The notes beneath the pieces are model-generated. The model ran no database searches and was not told where the DNA came from. It saw only the letters and a program-made list of their open reading frames with translations. From assembly GCA_965232465.1 (NCBI GenBank), contig OZ246977.1, positions 66,829 through 130,828 on the forward strand: DNA of 64,000 nt. Direction: 5' to 3'. The stretch is from Alphaproteobacteria bacterium (GTDB lineage: Bacteria; Pseudomonadota; Alphaproteobacteria; JAQWUY01). This document shows positions 19,719 through 29,289 of the stretch, piece after piece. The position numbers and the translations under genes were made by a program. Positions within the stretch are counted from its first letter, which is position 1, and each line of letters starts with the position of its first letter.

Positions 19719-20960
19719 ATGACTAAAAGAACCAAGAAATTAAATACTAGACCAGAGATTAACCCTGATTTGATCAAGCAACTATTGCAACAAGCCGAAG
19801 GGCAGGAATTGTTTGGTGCTGATGGCTTTTTTCAATCTTTAAAACAAAGCCTTGCCAACGGTATTCTCGACGGGGAAATGGAACATCACCTTGGCTATCA
19901 AAAGCATGATAAATCCCCCAAAAGTACCACAAATCGCCGTAATGGGCATTATGCGAAAACTGTTATCAGCGATGATGATACTCTAAATTTACGCATACCA
20001 CGGGACAGAGATAACGATTATGAACCCCAGTTTATTCCAAAAAATGCTCGGCGATTTGATGGCTTTGATGATAAAGTTATATCCATGTACGCCCGTGGCA
20101 TGACTATGCGGGAAATACAGCAGTATATTTATGAGATTTATGGAACAGAAGTGTCCCATGAATTGATTTCAACTGTTACGGACAAAGTCATAGACGACAT
20201 TAACGCATGGCAGAACAGACCGCTTAATAGTATTTATCCCATTGTTTATCTGGACTGTATACACATTAAAACCCGTGATACCCATGTTATTATCAACAAG
20301 GCGGTTTACCTAGCTGTGGGCATCAATATGGAAGGCAAAAAAGAAGTACTTGGCATGTGGATTGCCAAAACCGAAGGGGCTAAGTTTTGGTTACAAGTGA
20401 TAACAGAACTTAAAAATCGTGGCGTTACTGATATATTCATAGCCTGTATCGATGGACTAACTGGATTTGAAGACGCCATCTGTTCCGTATTTCCACAAAC
20501 CACCGTGCAGCTGTGTATTGTGCATATGGTACGCAACAGCCTAAAATTCGTCCCTTGGAAAGATAAAAAGCAAGTGGCTGATGATTTAAAAGCCATTTAT
20601 AACGCTTCATCCGAGGACATGGCATTGCAACAGTTAAAGGCATTTCGGCAAAAATGGGACAGTACATATCCAACCATCGCCAGCAGTTGGCAGAAAAAGT
20701 GGGCGAGTATAGCACCGTGTCTAGCCTATCCCGAGCATATTAAAAAGGTCATTTATACCACAAACACCATAGAATCCATCAATCGGCAGATTAGAAAAAT
20801 CATTAAAAACAAAGGGGTATTCCCAAATGATACGGCTGTTAAAAAATCTTTATTTTTAGCCTTGCAAAATGCAGAAAAAAGATGGACAATGCCCATTAGG
20901 AATTGGAAACAAGCTTTAAACCAATTCGCTATTATGTTTGACGATAGAGTTAAACTTTAA
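19719..20960 (+). CDS. IS256-family (Mutator-type) transposase
   Basis: 413 aa with GFFQSLKQ...EMEHHLGY, RDRDNDYEPQ.IPK, YLDCIHIK, ACIDGLTGF, QLCIVHMVRNS and YTTNTIESINRQIRK. Confidence 0.92.
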   Translation: MTKRTKKLNTRPEINPDLIKQLLQQAEGQELFGADGFFQSLKQSLANGILDGEMEHHLGYQKHDKSPKSTTNRRNGHYAKTVISDDDTLNLRIPRDRDNDYEPQFIPKNARRFDGFDDKVISMYARGMTMREIQQYIYEIYGTEVSHELISTVTDKVIDDINAWQNRPLNSIYPIVYLDCIHIKTRDTHVIINKAVYLAVGINMEGKKEVLGMWIAKTEGAKFWLQVITELKNRGVTDIFIACIDGLTGFEDAICSVFPQTTVQLCIVHMVRNSLKFVPWKDKKQVADDLKAIYNASSEDMALQQLKAFRQKWDSTYPTIASSWQKKWASIAPCLAYPEHIKKVIYTTNTIESINRQIRKIIKNKGVFPNDTAVKKSLFLALQNAEKRWTMPIRNWKQALNQFAIMFDDRVKL

Positions 20961-21060
20961 AACACTATTTACACAAACTTTCTGATAGCCTCGATTTTCG
21001 GTTTTTTTATGTGTTTTGTATCAAAATTTGGATTTTGGACGCATGTATCCCCTTGGTTTT

Positions 21061-21130
21061 CTAGGTGAGAAGTATTTTCCTCACCATATAGATATTTGCC
21101 AATGCACAAAGTGTTTTAATTTGATGCGTG
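21061..21130 (-). pseudogene. 3' fragment of the IS5-family transposase gene, separated from its 5' part by the IS3 insertion
   Basis: The minus strand reads HQIKTLCALANIYMVRKILLT then a stop. This is the expected IS5-type C-terminus that follows ...RYRGLDKN in the 5' fragment. Confidence 0.7.
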
Positions 21131-21212
21131 TAGAAGTGGCCCCCAAAAACTGGACAATGATTTAAGTTTCATTTATATTTCATTTATATATAGAAATAAG
21201 GAGATTTATTAA

Positions 21213-21524
21213 ATGAGTAAAATACGGAAGAATTACCCTGCTAAATTCAAAAAAGAGTTTGTTTTGGCAGTATTGCGTGATGACACGCCGATATCGGAAT
21301 TATCGTCTCGTTTTGGAGTGCATGCTACGGTTATTCAAAGGTGGAAGCGAGAGGCTGTTTGCTCTATTGAGGCAGGATTTTCAGGCAAGTTTGACAAACA
21401 AAAGCATGATAGCGAAGCCCATGTTAAAGAGCTTCATGCCAAGATAGGTCAATTGACGATTGAACGGGATTTTTTGTCGGACATTTCGGATCGTTTAGGA
21501 TTACAGGTTAAAAAAAAATGGTAA
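21213..21524 (+). CDS. IS3-family transposase OrfA
   Basis: 103 aa with an HTH (ISELSSRFGVHATVIQRWKRE) followed by a leucine-zipper-like segment. Confidence 0.88.
   Translation: MSKIRKNYPAKFKKEFVLAVLRDDTPISELSSRFGVHATVIQRWKREAVCSIEAGFSGKFDKQKHDSEAHVKELHAKIGQLTIERDFLSDISDRLGLQVKKKW
21510..21518 (+). promoter_or_regulatory. Programmed -1 frameshift site (A-run, A AAA AAA)
   Basis: gtt aaa aaa aaa tgg taa at the end of OrfA. OrfB is open in the -1 frame from here. Confidence 0.65.
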
Positions 21525-22372
21525 ATTCTAATTCCCCCGATTTAAGTATTGTGCGTCAATGCGAGTTGCTTGGAATGAACCGTTCAAGTTATTACTATCA
21601 ATGTAAAGAAGAGAGTGATTTTAATGTGGAGTTGATGGAACAGATAGCCCAGCAACATTTACAAACGCCTTTTTATGGTGCGAGGCAAATGATGCGTCAT
21701 TTAATCCGCCAAGGCTATAAGGTCGGCAGAAAACGCATCCGCAGGCTGATGAAGGTACTGAGGCTAAAAGCAATTTACCAAGAGCCAAAAACATCTACTA
21801 TAAACCCGCAACATAAGGTGTATCCGTATTTGTTGAGAAACTTGGATATTAACCGTCCTAATCAGGTTTGGTGTACAGATATTACTTATATCCCGATCAA
21901 ACGAGGGTTTTTATATTTGGTTGCTGTTATGGATTGGTATAGTAGGAAGGTACTCTCATGGCGTTTATCTAATACGCTGGATAGTAGGTTTTGTGTTGAA
22001 GCGTTAAATGATGCTTTGGCAAAATACCCCACCCCAGAGATATTTAATACAGACCAAGGCAGTCAGTTTACTTCCCTTGATTTTACGGATACCTTAAAAG
22101 ATAATGGTATTCGTATATCTATGGATGGTAAAGGGTGTTGGAAGGATAATGTCATAATTGAAAGATTTTGGAAATCATTGAAGTATGAATGTGTTTATTT
22201 GCAAGCATTTACCAGCGGTGTAATGGCTAAGGAAAGCATAAGAAAATGGCTTAAATTTTACAACCAAGATAGACCCCATTCACATTTCGGTTTGACAACA
22301 CCCGCAGAAACATATACAATGCATTCTCATGCAAAAGAAGTTCCGCCTACGGCTACACTTACTTTTACATGA
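21518..22372 (+). CDS. IS3-family transposase OrfB (DDE integrase core)
   Basis: 284 aa with WCTDITYIP, YLVAVMDWYSRKVLSW, FNTDQGSQFTS, IERFWKSLKYE and YNQDRPHS. Confidence 0.9.
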   Translation: MVNSNSPDLSIVRQCELLGMNRSSYYYQCKEESDFNVELMEQIAQQHLQTPFYGARQMMRHLIRQGYKVGRKRIRRLMKVLRLKAIYQEPKTSTINPQHKVYPYLLRNLDINRPNQVWCTDITYIPIKRGFLYLVAVMDWYSRKVLSWRLSNTLDSRFCVEALNDALAKYPTPEIFNTDQGSQFTSLDFTDTLKDNGIRISMDGKGCWKDNVIIERFWKSLKYECVYLQAFTSGVMAKESIRKWLKFYNQDRPHSHFGLTTPAETYTMHSHAKEVPPTATLTFT

Positions 22373-22446
22373 GAATATACATATTTAACCACATAAGTGA
22401 AGCTTAAAATAGGCTTAGTACTGTCCTAACAAAGGGGACCACCTCT

Positions 22447-23341
22447 TGTTTTTATCTAATCCACGATAACGGACTTTCGTGTACTTCCATTGGCATTTTA
22501 TAATCCTAAATGGGTGTTCCACTTTTGCCCGTATTGACGACAGCCGTTCATTGCGTTTTTGTTGTTTCTGCGATAACTTCCTACTGACACTACCTGCCTT
22601 ACCTCGTTTTGCTTTATCAAGTACAGCACAAAATATGCCCGCTTCACGAAATTGGCTTTTATCCTTATCACTGCTATAGCCTTTATCACCACAGATTATC
22701 TTTTCCTTACCATGTAACAAGCCTTGTTTATACTGTCGGTCATGCTCTTTGGCTGTGCTGGTCTGCACACTGTGAATAATCGGTCTACCCCTTACCTGTG
22801 TACCTATGTGCATCTTCATACCAAAATACCATTTATTACCTTTCTTTGTCGAACTCATATCTGTATCACGCTTTTTTTTTGCGTTCTTCGTCGAGGTCGG
22901 AGCGTGGATTATGCTGGCGTCTACTATCGTCCCTTCTTGTAACAAAAGACCTTTCTCAATAAGCAACTGATTGATACTGTCAAATATCGCTTGTGTCAAA
23001 TCATGCCTTTCAAGTAAATGACGAAAGTTCAAAATCGTCGTTTCATCCGGAACACTATCTGAAATTAAATCTAACTTTAAAAATCTTTGAAACGATATAC
23101 GGTCGTATATCCAATCCTCCGCCTGAGGATCAGATAAATTATACCACTGTTGTAAAAAATATATCCGTAACATCAAACACAAAGGCATCCGACGACGACC
23201 CAGTCTATTATTACTATAATAGGGCTTTATCAATGAACATAATCTATCCCAAGGGATTACACTGTCCATTTCAGATAAAAAAACCTCACTCCGTAACTTT
23301 TTATTCCCAATACCCAACTGGATAAACGATAACTGTGACAT
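22447..23341 (-). pseudogene. 5' part of the IS5-family transposase gene, interrupted by the IS3 element
   Basis: MSQLSFIQLG...LRIYFLQQWYNLSDPQAEDWIYD...TILNFRHLLE...VDASIIHAPTSTKN...KKGNKWYFGMKMHIG...RAKVEHPFRIIKCQWKYTKVRYRGLDKN is collinear with E. coli IS5 transposase as I remember it. The ORF-track tail WSPLLGQY is read from the IS3 inverted repeat. The outer end of the IS5-type element lies near 23445-23465. Confidence 0.8.
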
Positions 23342-23465
23342 AATTAAAAATCCATTTCTATAATAAATTAAAGCAACAAATAATGAATAAATCATAACAG
23401 TATTTTAACATAAAACAATGCATAACAAAACATAATAATTCTTCAGAGATTCCTAAATATAATTT

Positions 23466-23681
23466 GGTTGCAACCGCTTGCCACGCAGTGGTATTGTGGT
23501 GTCCGATCGAGGTGCAAAGTGGGGTGAATAAGTGTGGGTTTTTGTCATGCAAAGCATGGGTAAATCCACATTAAACGCAAGAATGTACAGAGAAGCCGGG
23601 GGCGTTAGCCCCTTAGACTCACGATACAACCAACAAAATAAGATGTGCAGTATAACATGGCGAATCCTTTTATACCGAATT
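23466..23681 (-). mobile_element. MITE-like repeat, copy 3 (inverted, right arm missing)
   Basis: Its reverse complement aligns with copies 1 and 2 from aattcggtataaaaggattc to ggttgcaacc. Its last base overlaps the stop codon of the FAH gene. Confidence 0.7.
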
Positions 23682-24559
23682 TAACCATATCTAACAGAAA
23701 TATCGTCTTGTACCATGTTTGTTAAAACGCCCATTTTTGCTACTTCGACTTCTATTACATCGCCATGTTTCATAAATACAGGGGGGGTACGGGCGTATCC
23801 TACACCTGCGGGGGTACCGGTGATAATGACATCACCGGGGACTAAAGTCATACATTCAGTTAGAATTTCAATCAATTTAGGGACAGGAAATATAAAATCA
23901 TCCGTGTTTGCATCTTGCATGATATGTCCATTTAGGCGGGTTAAAATGTGCAACCCTTTGACCCCATCTGGCAGTTCATCTGCACTGATAAAATCGGGAC
24001 CGAATGGTCCTGTATTATCAAAATTTTTGCCCATTGTCCATTGGGTACTTTTGCGTTGATAATCACGCAAAGTAACATCGTTAAATAGGCTATATCCTGC
24101 AATATATTCCAATGCATTTTCTACTTTTACCTGATAGGCAGTTTTACCAATAATCATGGCTATTTCACATTCAAAATCTAACTTATCCGAAATCTGTGGG
24201 CGGATAATCGCATCCCCATGGGCAATTAAAGACTGAGCGGTACGAACAAACACTTCGGGATATGTTGGCGGTTTTGCCCCCCCCTCAATGGCGTGTGCCA
24301 CATAATTGCGTCCAATACATAATATCTTATCTGGGTTGGGAATTGGCGGTAACAACCTCACATCATCCATATTATATATGGCTGTATCGGGGACATTTTG
24401 CACACAATTAGCAATCTCTGCCATGGAAATTTGGGCGGCTAAAATGCTTTTTAGATCCATAGGTACATGGGGGGCAATTACGCTTAAATCAATAAGGTTA
24501 TCCCCCTGTCGTACGCCCACCTTTGTTGTGCCTGTGTGCTCAAATGTTACCAATCTCAT
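23681..24559 (-). CDS. Fumarylacetoacetate hydrolase (FAH) family protein
   Basis: 292 aa with ILCIGRNY, FECEIAMIIGK, GYSLFNDVTLRD, GKNFDNTGPFGP and GDVIITGTPAGVG. Confidence 0.85.
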   Translation of the reverse strand: MRLVTFEHTGTTKVGVRQGDNLIDLSVIAPHVPMDLKSILAAQISMAEIANCVQNVPDTAIYNMDDVRLLPPIPNPDKILCIGRNYVAHAIEGGAKPPTYPEVFVRTAQSLIAHGDAIIRPQISDKLDFECEIAMIIGKTAYQVKVENALEYIAGYSLFNDVTLRDYQRKSTQWTMGKNFDNTGPFGPDFISADELPDGVKGLHILTRLNGHIMQDANTDDFIFPVPKLIEILTECMTLVPGDVIITGTPAGVGYARTPPVFMKHGDVIEVEVAKMGVLTNMVQDDISVRYG

Positions 24560-24592
24560 AATAATGTATCCTTCTGTTAAATTGTATGTATA

Positions 24593-25288
24593 TTATGTCC
24601 ACCCTGTTACTGTACTTTTGTCGAGTATCTTGTTTAAGAATTTACCTGTGTTTTTATAATGCTGTATCAAAATGTTTGATGCTGTATCTGCATTACCATT
24701 CAGTACAGTCGTTAAAATATCCGTATGTTCCACCAATACATTACGGTCTTTGTAATTAGAAACATTTTTTGCTAAAAAACGATAGCGGATATTTTGATCA
24801 TATAATTTATTACAAAAATTCAATAAAATAGGGCATTCGCTTTGGGCGATAAGTGCCATATGAAAATTTTTGTGATGGTGTTCCCACACATCAATGTCGG
24901 ACACATTCGCCCGACTTAGTCGATGGTGCAGAATAACAAGGTGTTCTTCCCATGCAATATCGCCATTTTTCATACTTTTTCTGAGTGCCATATCTTCTAA
25001 GGAACAACGCAACATAAGGATTTCTTGAAAATTTGCACGACTAATCGGTGCCACACAAAACCCCCGTTGGTCCATACGATTTACTAATCCATCGGAAGTC
25101 AACAAACTTAGAGATTCCCTTATGGGTGTCGTCCCCATGTCTAGCATAACCTTTAAGGATTCAATTTTCAATTTGTCCCCGGGCAACAATTCACAAGTAA
25201 TAATTTTTTCCCGTAATTGATTATACGCCCGATGAATGTTTGTTTTTGCCATCTGTAATGGTATATTTTGCATCTGCATTTGTATCAT
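24593..25288 (-). CDS. GntR-family transcriptional regulator (FCD-type C-terminal domain)
   Basis: 231 aa with a winged HTH (LLPGDKLKIESLKVMLDMGTTPIRESLSLLTSDGLV) and a helical effector domain. It is divergent from the RutE-like/TRAP operon. Confidence 0.8.
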   Translation of the reverse strand: MIQMQMQNIPLQMAKTNIHRAYNQLREKIITCELLPGDKLKIESLKVMLDMGTTPIRESLSLLTSDGLVNRMDQRGFCVAPISRANFQEILMLRCSLEDMALRKSMKNGDIAWEEHLVILHHRLSRANVSDIDVWEHHHKNFHMALIAQSECPILLNFCNKLYDQNIRYRFLAKNVSNYKDRNVLVEHTDILTTVLNGNADTASNILIQHYKNTGKFLNKILDKSTVTGWT

Positions 25289-25563
25289 TATGCTCTTTTT
25301 CTCTTTAATATCGTTACTATTTTAGTATATAATATCGTTTTAATTATTACAAGTCAAAAATATTTTATTATATGCCTCAAATATGTACATTTTAATTTTA
25401 TTTTACCATTTCCCTATATAAAATATATTTTTTAAAAAAATACATATATTTATAGTTATACACCTAATTTTAAAAAAATATCATTATTACTTGACTTTTA
25501 TAAAAATAATCTTTATTATGTAATAAGTCAAGACTGTAAAGTCTTTTTTAAAAAATAAAACAT

Positions 25564-26226
25564 ATGCAAAGAGTAAAAATGATAGAACAATGCCCCAAAC
25601 TATGTGCACAACAAGCTGTACGGCATATGCGAAAATGTCTGTCTAGGCTGAGTGATGATAGTATTGATGTTATCTTACGAAATGCTCGTTCCCATTATGC
25701 GTGGCAAGACCGCCCTGTGCCTGATTTTGTATTGAAAGAATTGTATGACATTGTTGCAAATGGTCCTACTAGTATGAATAGCTGTCCCGCTCGCTTTATT
25801 TTTGTCAAGTCTACGCATGCAAAAGAGAAACTTGTAATTGCCCTCAAAGATAAGAATATTGATAAAATGAAATCCGCACCTGTAACAGCGATTGTGGCAT
25901 ACGACATGGATTTTTGGCAAAAACTGCCGTTTTTATTTCCCCATGAAGACCGTCGTCCTCTGTTTGAAAATAAAACTGCATATATTAAAAGAACCGCTTT
26001 TTTAAATAGCACATTGCAGGGGGCATATTTAATGATTGCCGCCCGTGCATTGGGCTTGGATGTGGGGGCGATGTCTGGCTTTTCTAATGAAATAGTCGAT
26101 GACATTTTTTTTAAAGGTACCGCACTAAAATCAAACTTTTTATGCAACATAGGATATGCGGATGAAACGGCATTATTCGAAAAATTACCCCGTTTTACCT
26201 TTGATGAAGTATGCAAAGTTATTTAA
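25564..26226 (+). CDS. Nitroreductase-family protein, RutE/YdjA-like (putative malonic semialdehyde reductase); start uncertain (25564 or 25627)
   Basis: It is collinear with E. coli RutE as I remember it (ARSH..W...PV.D..L.ELY......GPTS.N..PAR..FV, APVTAIVAYD..F...LP.LFPH, GLD.G.MSGF, LKSNFL.NIGY). Confidence 0.75.
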   Translation: MQRVKMIEQCPKLCAQQAVRHMRKCLSRLSDDSIDVILRNARSHYAWQDRPVPDFVLKELYDIVANGPTSMNSCPARFIFVKSTHAKEKLVIALKDKNIDKMKSAPVTAIVAYDMDFWQKLPFLFPHEDRRPLFENKTAYIKRTAFLNSTLQGAYLMIAARALGLDVGAMSGFSNEIVDDIFFKGTALKSNFLCNIGYADETALFEKLPRFTFDEVCKVI

Positions 26227-26260
26227 TTATTAATATGTAAATATTTTAAGGAGAGAGTAT

Positions 26261-27343
26261 ATGAACTTAACATTCAAAAACACAATATATAAAAGTATCG
26301 GTTTTGCCATAGCAGCTGCATTTGCATCCAGTACATGGGCAACGCAAAAAATTAAAATTGTTGCCATTGATGGATACCCAGCAAAAGCCATGTGGGTACA
26401 ACAATTTTCCAAATTTTTTATTCCAGAGGTTAATAAACGGCTTGCAGAAACAGGTAATTACAAATTAATATGGCAACAATCGTATGGTGGAACGATTGTA
26501 AAACCCAAGGGGGTACTCGAAGGTATCAAATTAGGTTTGGGCGATATTGGTATTGTAACAACTGTATTCCACACTTCGAAACTGCCCAGTCAATCGCTAG
26601 CGGCAACTACACCGATGATTTCTAGTGATGCACGAGTCGTGGCAAAAGCAATCGATGAAATCGCCAAAGAATTTCCGACTATGCAGGCGGAATTTAATAA
26701 ACAAAACCAAATGTATTTAGCAACAGGTGTGGTACTTGACAGCTATCAACTGTTCAGTAAACAAAAAATTACCACTGCAAACGATCTGAGTGGCAAAAAG
26801 GTCGCAGGGGCGGGAACTAATTTGCGGTACCTAGAGGGGATTGACAATGTGGCAGGTGTCCGTGGAGGATTGACCAATTTTTACAATATGCTGAACACTG
26901 GTTTAGTCGATGGGGCGTTGTTGTGGCCAGAAGCGGCACAGAAATTTAAAATTTCCGAAGTGGCACCTTATATGTTAGATGTAAACTTTGGGGCGGTAAA
27001 TACCAAGACCATTACAATCAATAAACAATATTGGAACAAATTACCCGAAGAAGTACAAAAAGTCTTACAAGAAGTAGCTGTGCTGTATCGTGACCATGTG
27101 GCATCAATTGCCATGGACAAAGCTAAAGCCAGTCGTATTGCGTACATTAAAAGTGGAGGGGAAATTGTATCCATCTCTGATGCTAATCGTAAGGCTTGGG
27201 TAAATTCCATGCCAAATATTTCACAGGAATTGGCGGATACTTTGAACAGAGCAGGACAACCGGGAACAAAAATGATAAATACTTATATGAACAAGCTGTT
27301 ACAATCTGGTGCCACGCCTATGCGGGATTGGATGGTGAAATAA
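26261..27343 (+). CDS. TRAP transporter substrate-binding protein (DctP family)
   Basis: 360 aa with a signal peptide (AIAAAFASSTWA). It is followed by DctQ- and DctM-type genes. Confidence 0.8.
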   Translation: MNLTFKNTIYKSIGFAIAAAFASSTWATQKIKIVAIDGYPAKAMWVQQFSKFFIPEVNKRLAETGNYKLIWQQSYGGTIVKPKGVLEGIKLGLGDIGIVTTVFHTSKLPSQSLAATTPMISSDARVVAKAIDEIAKEFPTMQAEFNKQNQMYLATGVVLDSYQLFSKQKITTANDLSGKKVAGAGTNLRYLEGIDNVAGVRGGLTNFYNMLNTGLVDGALLWPEAAQKFKISEVAPYMLDVNFGAVNTKTITINKQYWNKLPEEVQKVLQEVAVLYRDHVASIAMDKAKASRIAYIKSGGEIVSISDANRKAWVNSMPNISQELADTLNRAGQPGTKMINTYMNKLLQSGATPMRDWMVK

Positions 27344-27385
27344 AGCAATAAAATTTCTGTTGCCCTCATAATAAGGAGTATACAC

Positions 27386-27940
27386 ATGCTACACAATGTC
27401 TATAATGCCATAAAGTATTTTTCCTATGCTGTAAGTGTTATAACCATAATTGCCAATATGGTTGGAACTTTAATAGTATTGGCACTGGTATTGGTTGTAG
27501 ATTACGATGTGATTGCCCGTGAGGCATTTAATAAACCTTTTATGGGGGCAGTAGAAGTAGTACAATTTTCCATGGTGTTAATCGTTTTCTTACAATTACC
27601 GGATGTGATACGGGTGAACCGCTTAATGCGCTCCGATGGTTTTTTATTGATACTGCACCACCGCAAGCCTAAATGGGCAATTTTACTACGCAAGTTTATA
27701 AATTTGGTATCCGCAGGGGTGATGATAACAATAGCCATCGCCATATGGCCCGAATTTGTGGAAATGTACATCAGCAAAGATTTCTTTGGTATACCAGGGG
27801 TGTTTACTGCCTTGTATTGGCCCATTAAATTGACAATATTTATTAGTGCAGTTTTATGTAGTATCACATTTTTGCTAAAAACCATATTGAATTATACACA
27901 GTATGATAAATACACCAACTATACAAAAATACAGTATTAA
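27386..27940 (+). CDS. TRAP transporter small permease (DctQ family)
   Basis: 184 aa with 4 TM segments, positioned between the DctP and DctM genes. Confidence 0.75.
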   Translation: MLHNVYNAIKYFSYAVSVITIIANMVGTLIVLALVLVVDYDVIAREAFNKPFMGAVEVVQFSMVLIVFLQLPDVIRVNRLMRSDGFLLILHHRKPKWAILLRKFINLVSAGVMITIAIAIWPEFVEMYISKDFFGIPGVFTALYWPIKLTIFISAVLCSITFLLKTILNYTQYDKYTNYTKIQY

Positions 27941-27958
27941 ACACAAGAGGTATTCCCC

Positions 27959-29269
27959 ATGAGTCCCATTGACATAGGTACACTTTCTGTTATTGCCATT
28001 ATTGTCATGGTATATATGGGATTTTGGATTCCTATCGCCTTGTCGGTGGTGTCATTGGTTGCCATTTGGATGTTACAGGGTAATATTAATGTATCGATTA
28101 ACCTGTTAAAAATAGCCATCAGCGACAGCGTTATGGAATATACTTTTGCCACTATTCCCCTCTTTACCTTTATGGGCTTAATTGTCGCCAAAGCAGGCAT
28201 GGGGACGGACATTTACCAAGTCATGAATGTCATATTCCGCAGTGTTCGGGGCGGTATTGGCATGGCAACCGTGGGGGCAAACGCTGTATTTGCAGCGGTA
28301 ACGGGTTCCTCCATTGCTTCTGCATCTGTATTTACCAAGGTATCTGTGCCACAAATGACACAATACGGATATAACAAACGGTTGGCGGTTGGCATTGTAG
28401 CAGGATCATCTGTATTGGGTATGATTATACCACCATCAGCAATGCTGATTATATATGCGTTTGTCGCCGAACAGTCTGTGGGGGATATGTTCTTAGCTGG
28501 TATTGTTCCCGGAATTTTACTTGCTATAACCTATATTGTAACCATTTGGATTTTAGTACGAATATGGAAAAACAGTATTACCGATGGGGGCAATAAAAAC
28601 ACATATAAGCCGATGTCTTATGGAAATTTGTGTAAAAAAACCTTACCTTTGGTCAGTATAATATGTATCGTTTTAGGGGGTATTTACACAGGGCAGATGA
28701 CCCCCGTAGAAGCCGGGGCAGTTGGGGCAACCATCGGATTGGGTATAGCCATTATAGGTGGCAAAATAACTTTAAAAATATTTTGGGAATCGCTGATTGA
28801 AACGGGGCACATTTCTGCGTCTATTTTGTTTTTAATCACTTCTGCATCCATATACAGTCGTATGCTTGGTATTGCCGGATTACCCAACGAATTGGCAATT
28901 ATATTAGAAAACGCCCAACTGAACTTGACTTTAATATTATTAATATATGTAATTTTAATGTTATTTTTGGGAACCTTGCTGGATACAGCTTCGATTATTT
29001 TAATTGTTGTACCCTTATTTTTACCATTAATAGAACCATTGGGATTAAACCTTGTCTGGTTTGGTATTATCACAGTTATCGGGGCAGAAATAGGCTTATT
29101 AACCCCCCCTCTGGGTATCAGCTGTTTTGTGATTAAATCAACTTTAAACGATGATAGCATTGCCCTCAAAGACATATTCATCGGGGCATTCCCATTTTCT
29201 TTTGCTATGCTATTGGTGTTAATTGTATTGATCAAATATCCTGTGCTAAGTATTGGCATATTACAATAA
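27959..29269 (+). CDS. TRAP transporter large permease (DctM family)
   Basis: 436 aa polytopic protein with DctM-like segments (GGIGMATVGANAVFAAVTGSSIAS, IIPPSAMLIIY, PVEAGAVGA). Confidence 0.85.
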   Translation: MSPIDIGTLSVIAIIVMVYMGFWIPIALSVVSLVAIWMLQGNINVSINLLKIAISDSVMEYTFATIPLFTFMGLIVAKAGMGTDIYQVMNVIFRSVRGGIGMATVGANAVFAAVTGSSIASASVFTKVSVPQMTQYGYNKRLAVGIVAGSSVLGMIIPPSAMLIIYAFVAEQSVGDMFLAGIVPGILLAITYIVTIWILVRIWKNSITDGGNKNTYKPMSYGNLCKKTLPLVSIICIVLGGIYTGQMTPVEAGAVGATIGLGIAIIGGKITLKIFWESLIETGHISASILFLITSASIYSRMLGIAGLPNELAIILENAQLNLTLILLIYVILMLFLGTLLDTASIILIVVPLFLPLIEPLGLNLVWFGIITVIGAEIGLLTPPLGISCFVIKSTLNDDSIALKDIFIGAFPFSFAMLLVLIVLIKYPVLSIGILQ

Positions 29270-29289
29270 AATAAAGAGGAGACCTTATT

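Larger units (their letters stand above)
19627..20985 (+). mobile_element. IS256-family insertion sequence
   Basis: A 17-bp perfect terminal IR tcagaaagtttgtgtaa sits at 19627-19643, with its reverse complement at 20969-20985. It holds a single Mutator-type transposase gene. I found no matching 8-9 bp flanking duplication. Confidence 0.8.
21131..22446 (+). mobile_element. Second IS3-family insertion sequence, inserted inside the IS5-type element
   Basis: The IRs are AGAAGTGGCCCCC...GGACA and (reverse complement) AGAGGTGGTCCCC...GGACA. A 3-bp direct repeat tgt sits at 21128-21130 and 22447-22449. End positions are uncertain by about 3 bp. Confidence 0.75.

Noticed and set aside
19619-20993. 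Target-site duplication for the IS256-type element
   Set aside because: The 8-9 bp on either side (gtcatatg and tagcctcg) do not match, even after mentally removing the neighbouring IS3. I therefore claim no duplication.
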